DNA of 64,000 bases. It comes from Podospora anserina (Eukaryota). Below, piece by piece: positions 11,703 through 23,400 of this stretch. The notes under the pieces are model-generated. The model worked only from the letters and a program-made list of their open reading frames with translations. It searched no databases and was not told the origin of the DNA. Position 1 is the first letter of the stretch. The number at the start of each line of letters is the position of its first letter. Made by a program: the position numbers and the translations under genes. Location of the stretch: positions 1,426,001 to 1,490,000 of the forward strand of contig CM030333.1 of NCBI GenBank assembly GCA_017654855.1, written 5' to 3'.

Positions 11703-13707
11703 ATGTCTTCTGGGACTAGATATTCTCTGAGGCAGACGCCGAGGTGAGTTGATACTTTTTTTGTTTTTTTTTTGTTTACACTACTGTTGCCCAACTTTGC
11801 CACCTGTTTACTTGGTGGTGGTGGTGGTCTCTGGCGCAAACTGGTGTCGCGTTTATCGTGTTTACACCCACCTAGGGGAATCAACCTCCCCTTTTGCGGT
11901 GTGGCCGGCTGGAATGCGCCGAGATCATGCCACACCCCTCTACAGCACTTGGTCGGTGATGAATGGGGTTGCTGACAGTATGGAGCAGGAAAAAAGAACT
12001 GTTTGATGGCATGGTAGAAACGCCTGCTCGCCGCAACACCCGTCGCAAGAATCAGCCCTCTATCGCGGAATCCGACGCCGAGTCTACCTCAGCCTCCGAG
12101 ACGGTTGCCAGCATGGCCACCAAATCTGTGCGCCAGCGTGGCGTCGCCAAGTTCACCGAGCACGTCGACGAGGCGGATGAGGTCCCTACGGCCCCCACCA
12201 CCCCCGAGAGCGACTACTCCAAGCCCCTCCTCGACAAGAAGGTCAAGACCAATGGCGCCGCCGAGAAGGAGGAGAAGATTGTCGACGGGTGGAAGCCCGG
12301 TATGGACCCCAAGGTTGACCTCTCGGGCGAGTACGAGTTTGGTGGGCCTTGGTTCGTGTCTGTCATGATGATCGGATTCCCTCTTCTCATGTGGTACATG
12401 TGGATCGGTGCCGAGTACTATGACGGCAAGCTCCCCCTCCCGGAGGCTGGTCAGTCCTGGACCGACTTTGGCAAGCACCTTTACAATCTCTGCTACACTG
12501 GCGCGTTCCCCCATGCCAAGGCTTGGGCCATTTATTGGATCTTTTTCGTTGTGGAGGGTGCCATGTACTGCCTGATGCCCGGTGTCTGGGCTTACGGCAA
12601 GCCCCTTCCTCACAAGAACGGCGAGCAGCTCAGGTACTACTGCTCGGCCTATGCCTCGTTCTACACCACCATCGCCCTCGTTGCCGGCCTTCACTTTTCC
12701 GGCATCTTCCCACTGTACACCATCCTCGACGAGTTTGGTCCCCTGCTCAGCGTGTCCATCTTTAGCGGCTGGCTGGTCTCGTTCATCGCCTACTTCTCGG
12801 CCCTCTACCGCGGCGCCCAGCACCGCATGTCTGGCAACCACATCTACGACTTCTTCATGGGCGCCGAGCTCAACCCCCGCATGTTTGGCATTCTCGACTT
12901 CAAGATGTTCTTTGAGGTGCGCATGCCCTGGTACATCTTGTTCCTCCTGTCGTGCGCCGCCGCGGCCCGCCAGTGGGACCAGTACGGATATGTCTCTGGA
13001 GAAGTCGGCTTCCTGGTGCTCGCTCACTACCTTTACGGCAATGCTACTTCCAAGGGCGAGGAGCTGATTGTTTCTTCATGGGACATGTACTATGAGAAGT
13101 GGGGCTTTATGTTGATCTTCTGGAACCTGTCCGGTGTTCCCCTGTCGTACTGCCACTGCACCTTGTATCTCGCCAACCACGACCCTTCGACGTACAGGTG
13201 GAACAGGTATTTCCTAGTCGCGCTCTATGTGGCGTACCTGTTTGTGTACTGGGTCTGGGACACGACCAACAGCCAGAAGAACGCCTTCAGGGCCATCGAG
13301 AAGGGCAAGCTGGTGAAGCGCAAGACGTTCCCCCAGCTGCCGTGGCAGGTGGTGAAGAACCCCAAGGTTATCGAGACGGGGTTGGGGGACAAGATTTTGG
13401 CGGATGGGTGGTACGGCAAGGCGAGAAAGATTCACTATAGCTGTGATACGTTTTTTGCGCTGAGCTGGGGGTTGATTACTGGGTTTGAGAGCCCGTTCCC
13501 GTGGTTTTATGGGGTTTTCTTTACGATTATGATTGCGCACAGGGCGTGGAGGGATATTCACCGGTGCAGGGAGAAGTATGGGGAGGCTTGGAAGGAGTAT
13601 GAGAGGCAGGTGCCTTATTTGTTTATTCCGGTAAGTTTGACACTCATTCTGCGAATCTGGGGTTGGAAAGGGGGTTGATGCTGACCGGATGTTAGTACGT
13701 CTTTTAA
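11703..13707 (+). CDS. ERG4: Sterol C-24(28) reductase (ERG4/ERG24 family); 3 exons
   Basis: Exon 1 [14 protein letters not shown] (GTGAGT donor), long exon with [41 protein letters not shown] and [15 protein letters not shown], last exon YVF* (13696-13707). Confidence 0.9.
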
Positions 13708-14442
13708 GGGGATGCGTGAACAGTGCCCGATGGGTTGGTTGTTTGGAGCTGCAGTTGCATTGCAGGTTGTCGGGTAGATGCATCATTGCGGGCAGGTGAC
13801 ACGTGGCCGCTACCTCGGGCACGGTTGAAGGGGGATGGGATGAACAGGTGGGATGAGGTTTGAAGTCTAATCCTGAAGAATGAAAGAATTGATGATACGG
13901 GACGAACGATGATTTGGGTTAGGATGGGTATGGATACGGGTATGGGATAGGATATCCGATACCTTTGGTAGGATAAGGACGGGACGGACGGACGGACGAA
14001 AGGGAATACCTGGGGTTGGTGATGTGAAAGGAAAAAGGATGGAAAGGAGGGTGGGATGGAGGGTTCAAAATTTGTTTGCTTTGAGTTTGTGTTTTCTGTT
14101 GTTGCTTTCTCATTTTTGCACAGCAGGAAGCAGGCGAAAGCAAAAGCGGGCGAGTTATAGTGGGATTTATCTCTTGTTGTAATCGTTAATGCCTTTTTTC
14201 GACATTTTTGGGTTGGGGTTTTTTTTTGTTTTTTTTTTTGGAAGAGTTACATGTTTATTGGATTATTTTTGCGTGTTTGCTTTTTGATGTTTGGTGGTTT
14301 TGATGCTTTGATGTTGGGTCCTCGGATTCATGGGATTGCTGGAGTCATCAAAGACAGGAAGGGGTGTAATGAGCGAGCGAGTTCGTGTAGTTGATTCTTT
14401 GTGTGTTGAAAGGGCGTTTTCATGCCCAAGTTAGGTACTTAC

Positions 14443-14493
<51 letters not shown>
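14443..14493. repeat. (GAT)17 microsatellite
   Basis: Perfect trinucleotide repeat in intergenic DNA. Confidence 0.95.
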
Positions 14494-14494
<1 letters not shown>

Positions 14495-14865
14495 GGTGCT
14501 TGTATGTCTTTCAAAAAGGAATTTCATGGAATTCGTAAACATGTCAGGAGAGCACATACATAGGTAAACTTAGTATTGAAATTTACACATATAATCTACT
14601 CTTCTTTTCAAGTTCAAAGCTATTCCCTCCAGCCCCCTTCTTTGGCCGCCCATATTTCGCTTAAATCAACTCTGTCGAAAAACAAATACTCCCCCCTTAC
14701 AAACAGTCTAAGAGAAAAAAGAGAGTGGGTATCTACAGCAATCCTACATCCTTTCACACAGCAGCAAAGAAAAACGCCAAAACCAAAAACCACATGCTAG
14801 CCAACCCTCGCTATACGTGTTTCCCTCTCCTCATTTCCCCCCCATTTTTCTTCCCACACCAATCC

Positions 14866-16923
14866 TCAAACCCCCCTCTTCCTCAGATCAACCATCATAA
14901 CCTCCCTCGCCTCCTCCATCCCCTGCCCCTCCCTCCCACCAACCTCGTCCCTCACCCTAAGGGAAGGTCCGGCCTTCATCTCCTCCCACCCCTCCCCGCC
15001 ATCCCACCTCCCCGCCTTGGTGTAATCGCCCCTCGTCCCCCCCGAAACCCACGCAAAACGAAAGTATTCCGGCTCGTCCTTCACCAACCCCTTCGGCCGT
15101 GTCCACGTAACATTCGACACCACCCCACTGCTCCCAGCCCCGGGCGCAGAGTTGCCATCATCAAAATATGTCCTAAACCTCTCCACGTCATTGACCAACA
15201 CGCTGATGCCATCGTATGACGGGGCGGGCGGTGCCTCCCATGAGAAGGTTATGCTGGTGTTGGGAGAAATCTTCGGCTCATCAATCACCGGAAGAGGCGA
15301 CTGAACCGGCGCATCCCCCCTCAGAGCGAGCGCAGTCTGCAAAACCGGATCGAACCCCCATCTCGCGATCCCGTTGATAAACAACCCCAGCAAAAGACCC
15401 TGAAACAACAACGACGGGCGAGTCTGAAGCGAGGTGCCCGGCAGGAGCAAAAGCGCGAGGATGTAATGATGAATACGCAAGTTCTGACCCGGCAGCAGCA
15501 AGAAAATAATCAAGCAAACAGCAAACAACCCGTACAGTTTGAGATGAGACCTCAACCTTGCTTCTTGCCTGAAAAACCAGATCTGGAAGACCACAGCAAA
15601 GAAGAGGACGATGATGATGATTGCCAAAGCGGCGCGGGCACCGGGTTGTTGGTTTATGTCGTGGCTGTTGAGCCGCTGGATGGGGATGAAGTCAAAGGTG
15701 TAGTTTGTCAACGACCCAACCCACGCGCCGCCGAGCCAGAGGATCGTCTTTTCCAAGTTGGCGGTCAGGCCTTTGAGGGTGCGCCGGATGCCCATCTTGT
15801 CGTACATCACCCAGGCGACGAACATGGCCGGGAGGTAGAGGCCGATTTCGCGGGAGAAGAGGGAGGCAAGGTCGGTGTAATTAGGAGTGTCCATTGCCAT
15901 CCCGACTGTCCAGAACAGGCCGCTGAATTGGGTGAAGAAGAAGAGGCCTGGGTGGCTGACGAAGAGGGAGAAGACTGTCGTGAAAACGACCGAGATGGCG
16001 AGGAGGGACCAGCGGGGGTCACGGGAGGAGCATTCGACGTCGGGTTCGAAGGTGAAGCTGAGGGGGAAGTAGGAGTCGAAGGGGACCGAGGTGATGCCGT
16101 TGCGCTTGGTGCTGTTGTAGTTGGATTGGAGTCCCACCAGGCGGACGACACCACAACCGCCTGTGGCGTCCGAGATGACGCCCGCATGGATGGCAGAGCC
16201 GCAGATGAAGGAATCGCCTCTGTAGATGGCCGGTCCGTCTCCATCAGCAGGAGGCCCGCCGACGACCAGTGGCTTGTAGATGACTTCTTGATCGCCAACC
16301 GCCCGGGGATTCAACACCTGGTAACTCCCACAGTTGCCTGGGCACCTGAACGGGAAACCCCCATCATCAAACGGTCTGCAGTCGATGCCGTCCAGGCCAC
16401 AGCCGTTACCTGCGATCCAGTAGGTCGAGCCGCAACCAATCTTGACCAGTCTTCCCCATTCTGCAATCTCGCTCACCGATTGCCCGTTTTTGAGCGTAAA
16501 AGTAAAGGATACGATCCAGACGACATACAAGACGAGCACAAGCGCGGCTCTGTGGAGTTTGTTGGGTAGGTACCTATCCAGTAACACAATCGGGAACTGC
16601 TGTACCTGGGGGAACAGCGGTTCGATCCGGAACCGTCGAGGTACAGCAGGCCCCTCGGTCCATTCGACACCAGCCTTTATCCACCGGCGCACCGGGTACG
16701 GAACCCACTTGAACCGTTTCCACGAATTTTCGTCTTGGATAAACCGTGGTGTTGGTGGGGAGCTGTCAGCCTCGTCTGCATTCCGGGCTTCTCGGATAGG
16801 CGCATCGGGGTGGTTGTTGTCGACGATAAGGATGTTGGCATTGCTCGAGGCAGCGGTGGACGTGGTACCGGAAGAGTCGCCGTTCACACCTGCTTCTCTT
16901 TCGATATCGTTTGTCTCGCCCAT
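14866..16923 (-). CDS. LCCL-domain multi-pass membrane protein
   Basis: Intronless ORF from ATG 16923; YRGDSFICGSAIHAGVI..GGC is the LCCL signature, followed by several hydrophobic helices and LRIHHYI. Confidence 0.85.
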   Translation of the reverse strand: MGETNDIEREAGVNGDSSGTTSTAASSNANILIVDNNHPDAPIREARNADEADSSPPTPRFIQDENSWKRFKWVPYPVRRWIKAGVEWTEGPAVPRRFRIEPLFPQVQQFPIVLLDRYLPNKLHRAALVLVLYVVWIVSFTFTLKNGQSVSEIAEWGRLVKIGCGSTYWIAGNGCGLDGIDCRPFDDGGFPFRCPGNCGSYQVLNPRAVGDQEVIYKPLVVGGPPADGDGPAIYRGDSFICGSAIHAGVISDATGGCGVVRLVGLQSNYNSTKRNGITSVPFDSYFPLSFTFEPDVECSSRDPRWSLLAISVVFTTVFSLFVSHPGLFFFTQFSGLFWTVGMAMDTPNYTDLASLFSREIGLYLPAMFVAWVMYDKMGIRRTLKGLTANLEKTILWLGGAWVGSLTNYTFDFIPIQRLNSHDINQQPGARAALAIIIIVLFFAVVFQIWFFRQEARLRSHLKLYGLFAVCLIIFLLLPGQNLRIHHYILALLLLPGTSLQTRPSLLFQGLLLGLFINGIARWGFDPVLQTALALRGDAPVQSPLPVIDEPKISPNTSITFSWEAPPAPSYDGISVLVNDVERFRTYFDDGNSAPGAGSSGVVSNVTWTRPKGLVKDEPEYFRFAWVSGGTRGDYTKAGRWDGGEGWEEMKAGPSLRVRDEVGGREGQGMEEAREVMMVDLRKRGV

Positions 16924-17639
16924 TGTTTTACCCACCTACGGCCCAAGGACAACAGCAAACAAGACACAACAAAGAGGGACGGACGGGCAGGGTAAACGAG
17001 CGATTGAATTTAGGAACTCAAAGAAGGAAAAAATACAACGAGGCAGAAAACAACTAGGGACGGCAGAGGAGGGGGAGCATAGCCAAGGACATATCGGGAT
17101 AAGCAATGACAAACAACAAATGCCATGAACAACCGTCCGAACTCCGAGAAGCCCGCGCCCGTCTCAACTGGCTTTTTAGCGCAACGCTGGCACACGCTGC
17201 CCTGTTCCTGTCCCCCTGTAGGCAGGGCTGAATGCGGGGACCCTAGCCGCTGCCTGACGTAAACACAGACTTGCGACCCCAGTGGATATCTCATTAGCGG
17301 GTGCATCAGCCCCGATAGAAACAAAACCGTTTGACCCCAAGGTTTCCACTTTGGGCGACTGTGTGCTTGGCATCGAGGGGCAGCATGAGAGCCGTCAGTG
17401 GGTGTTTGAAATTGATTCGTGAGTTAATCGTTGACATAATAAATGAAGGAGAGAAAGTACTAACATCTTCGAGCAAGACAGAGCTTGATTGATATCTCGA
17501 GTTGTGTTGCCTGAAGTACCAGGATCATCGTTACCAGTCTGCTGGGTCAGACGCTGTCAAGGATTTGATTTTCACTCAGTTCAGGAAAGACTTGCGGTCC
17601 AAGCTCGCTCATACAACCATCAACTGCAAAACTCGCAAA

Positions 17640-19146
17640 ATGACGGTTGATACCGAGCCACAAGAACCCGAGTCGACAGCCATGAGGTTTGAAGTAGTGT
17701 CCTCGGCTCTCAAGGAGGGCACAGCAGCTGCTGCCAGAGTCGGTCGTCTGGCTCTTCCGGGACGTCGTCCCATCGACACTCCAAACTTCATCGCCGTCAC
17801 TTCACGCGGCACTCTGCCTCATGTCACCCCTGACAATATCAGCAAGCACCTGCAAGTGAGCGGTGCATACTTTTCCCTCGAAGACTGTCAGTGTTCCCCC
17901 CTCATGCTCTATCAAAAACCACTCATTAACCCCCCACCAAGTCGTCGAAAAGTCCCAGCAAAACCTCTCCCGCCCACCACCCATCTTCAGCGCCCCGACC
18001 AGCACCAACCACCCCACCCCCTTATACAGCTTCACCGGCACCCCCTCCCACATAACCACCATCCTCGCCGCCCGCCGCCTCCCCGCCGTCCCCTCCCCGA
18101 TAGGCAACTCCACCAAATCCATCTCCGTCTTCACCAACACTGGCTTCCAAAACCTCTCCACAACCGACTACCTCTCCGCCGCCTCCACCCTCGAACCAGA
18201 CATCACCATCCCCCTAGCCGACCTAACCAACAACTCCCCCCCAGGCACCTCCCCAACAAGCAAACGAGCCCTCCGTATGGCCGAGCGCACGGACGAGTGG
18301 ATAGCAGACTGGTTCTCCTCCCCCCTCTCCACCTCCACATCAACCTTCGCCCCAGTCCTGCCAATCCCCTACCCAATCCAGTGGGAATACCTCTCCCGCC
18401 TGGCAGAAGACTACATCCCCTCGTCCCAACTCTCCGGGTTGGCAGTCCACGACCCGGATATCATCCCCGATCTTGCCACTCACCAACCCTCCCTCTTGTC
18501 CCTCCCCCTTTTGTCGCTTTCCAACCCGAGCAACCCCCACCTCATCCTCCGTCACATAGCCCACGGAACAGACCTCTTCGCCCTCCCGTTGATAAACGCC
18601 GTATCCGACGCTGGTTTAGCCCTAAACTTCACCTTCCCCGCCCCTCCCTCATCTGGGAGCCCCCCCCTTCCATTGGCAGTCGACCTCTCCCTCCCCTCTT
18701 TCAGCACATCCGTCACCCCCCTCTCCAAGTCCTGCACCTGCTACGCCTGCAAAAGCCACCACAAATCCTACATCCACCACCTCCTCCAAGCACGCGAGAT
18801 GCTAGGCTGGACACTCCTCCAAATCCACAACCACGCGACCATGTCCGCCTTTTTCGGCGGGATCCAGCGGTCGATCAAGGATGCCACCTTTGAAGACGAG
18901 AGGTTGAGTTTCAGCAGGGCGTACGACAGCGAGATGCCCGCGGGGGTGGGGGAGAGGCCGAGGATGAGGGGGTACCAGTATAAGAGTCAGGGAGGGGAGG
19001 AGAATGCCGGAAAAAAGAAGAATAAGCCTGCATGGCAAAAGGAACTGGCGGTTGAGGATGACAAGGTCGAGGTACCGGAGACAGATGGAGGGAGGGAATT
19101 ACAGGAGAAGGGGGTTGGGGAGGTGGTAAAGGGGTCAGGTAGATGA
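17640..19146 (+). CDS. QTRT2: Queuine tRNA-ribosyltransferase accessory subunit; intron ~17888-17941
   Basis: AARVGRL...IDTPNFIAVTSRGTLPH N-terminus and Zn-binding CTCYAC...YIHHLL.A.EMLGWTLLQIHN; the sequence resembles the non-catalytic subunit. Confidence 0.85.
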
Positions 19147-19599
19147 AGCGAAATAGACCTGGAGATGGGAAGAAAACAGAATAATAAATAAAAAATAAAT
19201 AAAAATATAAAAAACAATATCTTCGCTTTTGTGTCAAAGTCCTGGTCCAAGAGATGAATCTCGTCACCGGTAGATAATTCATCCATGTTTTGATAAAACA
19301 CTCAAAACCACCTTTTAATCACTACCTATCCAATATTTCTACCCTTTTCCACGTGTCACACACCGCAGCAAGTTATATACAACCCCCAAACACCCCAATC
19401 GCCCAGACAAAACATGATTCATCAAACCACACCCTATTCATTACAACCCTTTATATACCCTATAATAACAAAAAAAATGAAGAAAAAAAACCTTATCCTA
19501 TCTCTCTACGCCTTTCCCTAGTTTCCTAGTTTTTTTTTGGTTTTTGAACCCTCTCCCGCCCCTTCCCATCTTGTGCCCCACCACCGTTATCCTTCCCCT

Positions 19600-20403
19600 T
19601 TACTCATTCATACCAGGCAGGATGTTCTCCCTAGCTTTAGACACCGCCTTCAATCCAGCAACCCGCATCCCCCTCCTGGGTCGCTCTTGTAGCTGCAACA
19701 GGCCCAAGACTCCCTGTCGGTGTTCCCTTTGTGGACTACTACTCAGCATGGCGCTGATTCGTGACGTATACCTTCCCGCACTGGCTGGCGTGGCGGGAGT
19801 AGCTGGGCTAGGGGTTGCTGGGATAGGAGCAGGAATGGTGGGTCGAGTAGGACTGGTAGGTCGGGAGGGAGTAGCTGGCTCCAGAGAAACATGCGCGGGC
19901 CTAATAGCAGGAGTTGGTGCCGTTACAGGAGTTGGGACCGGAGCAGGAGCAGGAGCAGCAGCGGCAGCAGCAGCAGCAGCAGCAGCAACAGGACTATGAA
20001 CCACCACCGTCTCCATTCCCTCCTCCCCATCACCAGGAGCAGCACCCGTCCGATGGATAATAACCGTGCTGGCCCCTCCCCCCTCCACCACAGACCCCGT
20101 ATCAGGCGTAACAGGTGACGGGGGTGGTGCCGGCGGCAGCATACTCCCACCACTCCCACCACTCCCACCAACACCAACCCCGGGCGTCCCAGGATCCGGG
20201 ATCCTCCCCCTCTGCCTCTGATGCAACAGATACTGCTGGTGATGCAGCCTCTGCTGCAACAGCTGGTGTTGACTTCTTCCACCTGCACAACCACCACCAC
20301 CACCAGCAGTCTTAGCAGGCGACGGACTCAACCCGCTCCCCCCAGCCCCCCCATCATCCACCACCTCATGATACACCCTCTTCTTCATCGGCGAGTCACC
20401 TTT
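19600..20403 (-). other. In-frame open extension (267 sense codons plus stop) downstream of the SIN kinase TAG; putative editing/readthrough-dependent C-terminus
   Basis: ...AGG TGG CCT TAG AAA GGT GAC TCG CCG ATG AAG... continues in the same frame, with no stop until 19600-19602. Confidence 0.6.
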
Positions 20404-23400
20404 CTAAGGCCACCTCCCCTTATTATCCCCCCCATCCCGTCCCCCAGCCGGCAGGTTCACATCCGAAACCGACTCCATCCTCGAAATCGAACTCGGCGCC
20501 CTCGCCCTCCTGACTTTATTCCCGCTCTGTCCAGACGTGGCCGTCGTAGCCGTCGTCCCGCTGCTCCCAGTAGACAAACTAGTCGATCCGCTCCCCCCAC
20601 TGGCATCCCGCTCCCTCTCTATCCTTTCCAGCCTCTCCCCTAACCTATCAGCACCGTCCTGCCTCGCAGACTGGCTGAACCTCTCACTGCTGCTGCTGTC
20701 TTGCCGGGCACTCTGGCTAAAATAACTCCGGCTCTGGGAGTGACTATCCCTTCTGGCTTGGTGCCCAAACGCGGCAGAGCTACTGCTCGGTCTGTTGGAA
20801 CTGCTCGGGTTCACAAGATTGAAACCCGCTGCTGATAAAAAGCTAGAGCTTGTCGGGCTGGCAGAGTACTGCGACGCTCCCGTGATGGAGATCGACGATC
20901 CAGATCGTAACCGGCCCATGACGTGCTCCCGACTGCTAAGAGAAGAATCACTCCTCTCTGCCCTCGTAGCGGTAATAGGCATCGACGCCGCAGTCGACAA
21001 GCTCGGCCTTGTAAAATGCGAATGGCTCGTCCTCGGCAACCGACTCTTCACCCCCGACCCAGAAGACGGACTCATCGCCAACCCGGCCGCCGTGGCATCT
21101 TGGCTCACCCTCCTAGGTATGCTCGTCGCCACCACGGCCCCTTCTCTACTCCTCGGCCGAAACAACGCCGCCTCCCTATCCTGCGCCAACCCCACCACCG
21201 TCCTCTTCGGCGTACTATTCGCAACCTCGATGTAAGCCGCCGCACTCGAGCTCGACTGGCTAGCCCGATGCCCCGTCGGTGTATGCGGCCCACCACCACC
21301 ACCGCTCAAGTGCAAGCCCCCAGGCGGCGTATAACTGGTATTCCTCCTCGGCCCACTCCTGCTCCTCCCCGCACCCACCCCCGCTCCTCCTACCGACCCC
21401 CCCATCGACCCCTGAACACTGTTCCCCAACCCCAACCCACTCAACGCCAGCGCCTCATGCTGCAGGTCATTGCCAAAGTGAGCCCTCACCAGCTCCCCAG
21501 CCAAATTCCTAACCAGCACCGCCGGGTCCTTATCCGCCAACCCCTGAATATCATCAAACAACGCCCTCAACTGCTTCCCCGTGTTGGACGAGCTGTTAGA
21601 CGACATACTCAAATTATGCGCCTCGCACCCATCCATAATATTCCTCACCAGCCTCAGCAGATTCAACCTCACCACCGCCTTCTTATGCCCCAGCTTCTGG
21701 GCAATCCCGGCGTACATCTCCGCCTTGGCCAGACTCGCCGCCACGGCAGGACTCAGCCTCAAGACTTTGAGCAACGGCTCCAAAAGGTTCGGATCAAAAG
21801 CATTCGCCTTGGCAGGGTTAAAACAGCTCACAATAGCCGTCATAAACATCCCATCCATCAAGTGGCTCTCCACCTTGGCCGTCTCCTCCTGCAGCCAGAC
21901 ATGGATCGCATCCAGCGCCGTGACTTGCCAGTACTGATCAGCCAGCAGGGTAACGTAAAACTCCAATCCGTGATTCTGCCAGAGATACCTCCTCCCCTTG
22001 CTGCCGGAATGTGCCATATCGCAGAGAATAGGCAGGACAAACTCCTTTGGTGGGCGGTCCGTCTTCATGATTTTGAGGAGTAGCGGAATAATCCCATTGC
22101 TGGCGGCATATTCTTGGCGTTCTTTGCTTAGTCGACAAAGATTGAACATGGTGTTGAGGACTTGGTTCGAGATCTCGCGGAAGTGCTTCTGTCCCTTCTT
22201 CATCGAGAGACTCAGCACATCGATCAAGAAATCAATCGCATCGGCCGAGTGAAGTGCATCCAAAACCGCAGAGCACTGTGACATGTTCTTGATGAACTTG
22301 AGCATCGTGATCTGATGAGCAGGTGTCATCCGTCTCAGATCCTTGAGGACCGCTTTTCAGATCATTAGCAACCCTTTTCTCCGTAAAAAAAATAAAAAAA
22401 TAAAAAAAATATACTAAAAAAATTAAAAAAAAGATTTTTTTTTTAGGGGAAGGGAGGGACCTACTCTTCAAAACCTGCCTCTCAGCCACAACCTCCTTCA
22501 CATACGCCTCCGCCTGGGAAAACAGATAAAAAATCCCCACAATCCTCCCCTCCACCAGCTCGCTCAGCTCATCCCCCCGCTCCTCGTCCAGCACCTTGTG
22601 CAGTATCGCCGCCAGCGGATCCAAAATCTTGCTCCTGCTGAAAATCCGGCAGAAATCATTCTTCGGCGTCGGCCCCTGCAGCTCAAACACATTCCATATC
22701 CCATTCACCCCAATCAGCACCAGATCCTGACTCGTCTCATAGTCCTCGTCCAGAAACTCCACCAAGACATTCAACCCGCCCGCGCTGACAAACATTTGCA
22801 ATGTCAGGGTAGAAGTCTGATACATCTGCCTCACAAACGCCGCAGCCTCGAGCCGAATCTCATTCGAGTACTGCCTGGCGGCAAACTTGGTGACGATCGG
22901 TATCCCACCGACGAAGCACAAGTTCTCTTGCAACTCCACATCATCAAGGATAATCTACCCCTTTGTTAGTCCCCTTCCCACGACACCCAATTCACAAAAC
23001 TCACCGCATTAACAATCCTCAACAACCCCAACACCATGCCCCCCCGACTCTTAACCCCACACCCCTCCAAAATCTCCAATATCGGCAGCAGCCCATGCGC
23101 CCCCATGATCAGCCCCTTCACCTCCTCCCCCCCCTCCCACAAATACGCCAGCAAATCCTCGGCCAGCTCCCCCAACACCTCCTCATCCTCCACCTGCCTC
23201 ATCTTGGACAAACTCTTCACCAAACTCTCCACCTTCTCCGCCATCCTAGCATGTCGATCTCTCGCAATATTCGCCGCCAAATCCATCTCGTCCATCCACC
23301 CCGGCTCCTCCATCATGGCAAACGGATCGTCCTCGTCCCCGTCGTCGTCCCCAAGCCAGCTGCTATTCGACAGCTTACTCAGCACCAGCTGCTGCTGCTG

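Noticed and set aside
2041-19146. Apparent RNA-modification cluster (BMT6, SNU13, tRNA-Lys, QTRT2)
   Set aside because: Interspersed with unrelated housekeeping genes, and tRNA-Lys is not a queuosine substrate; likely coincidence.
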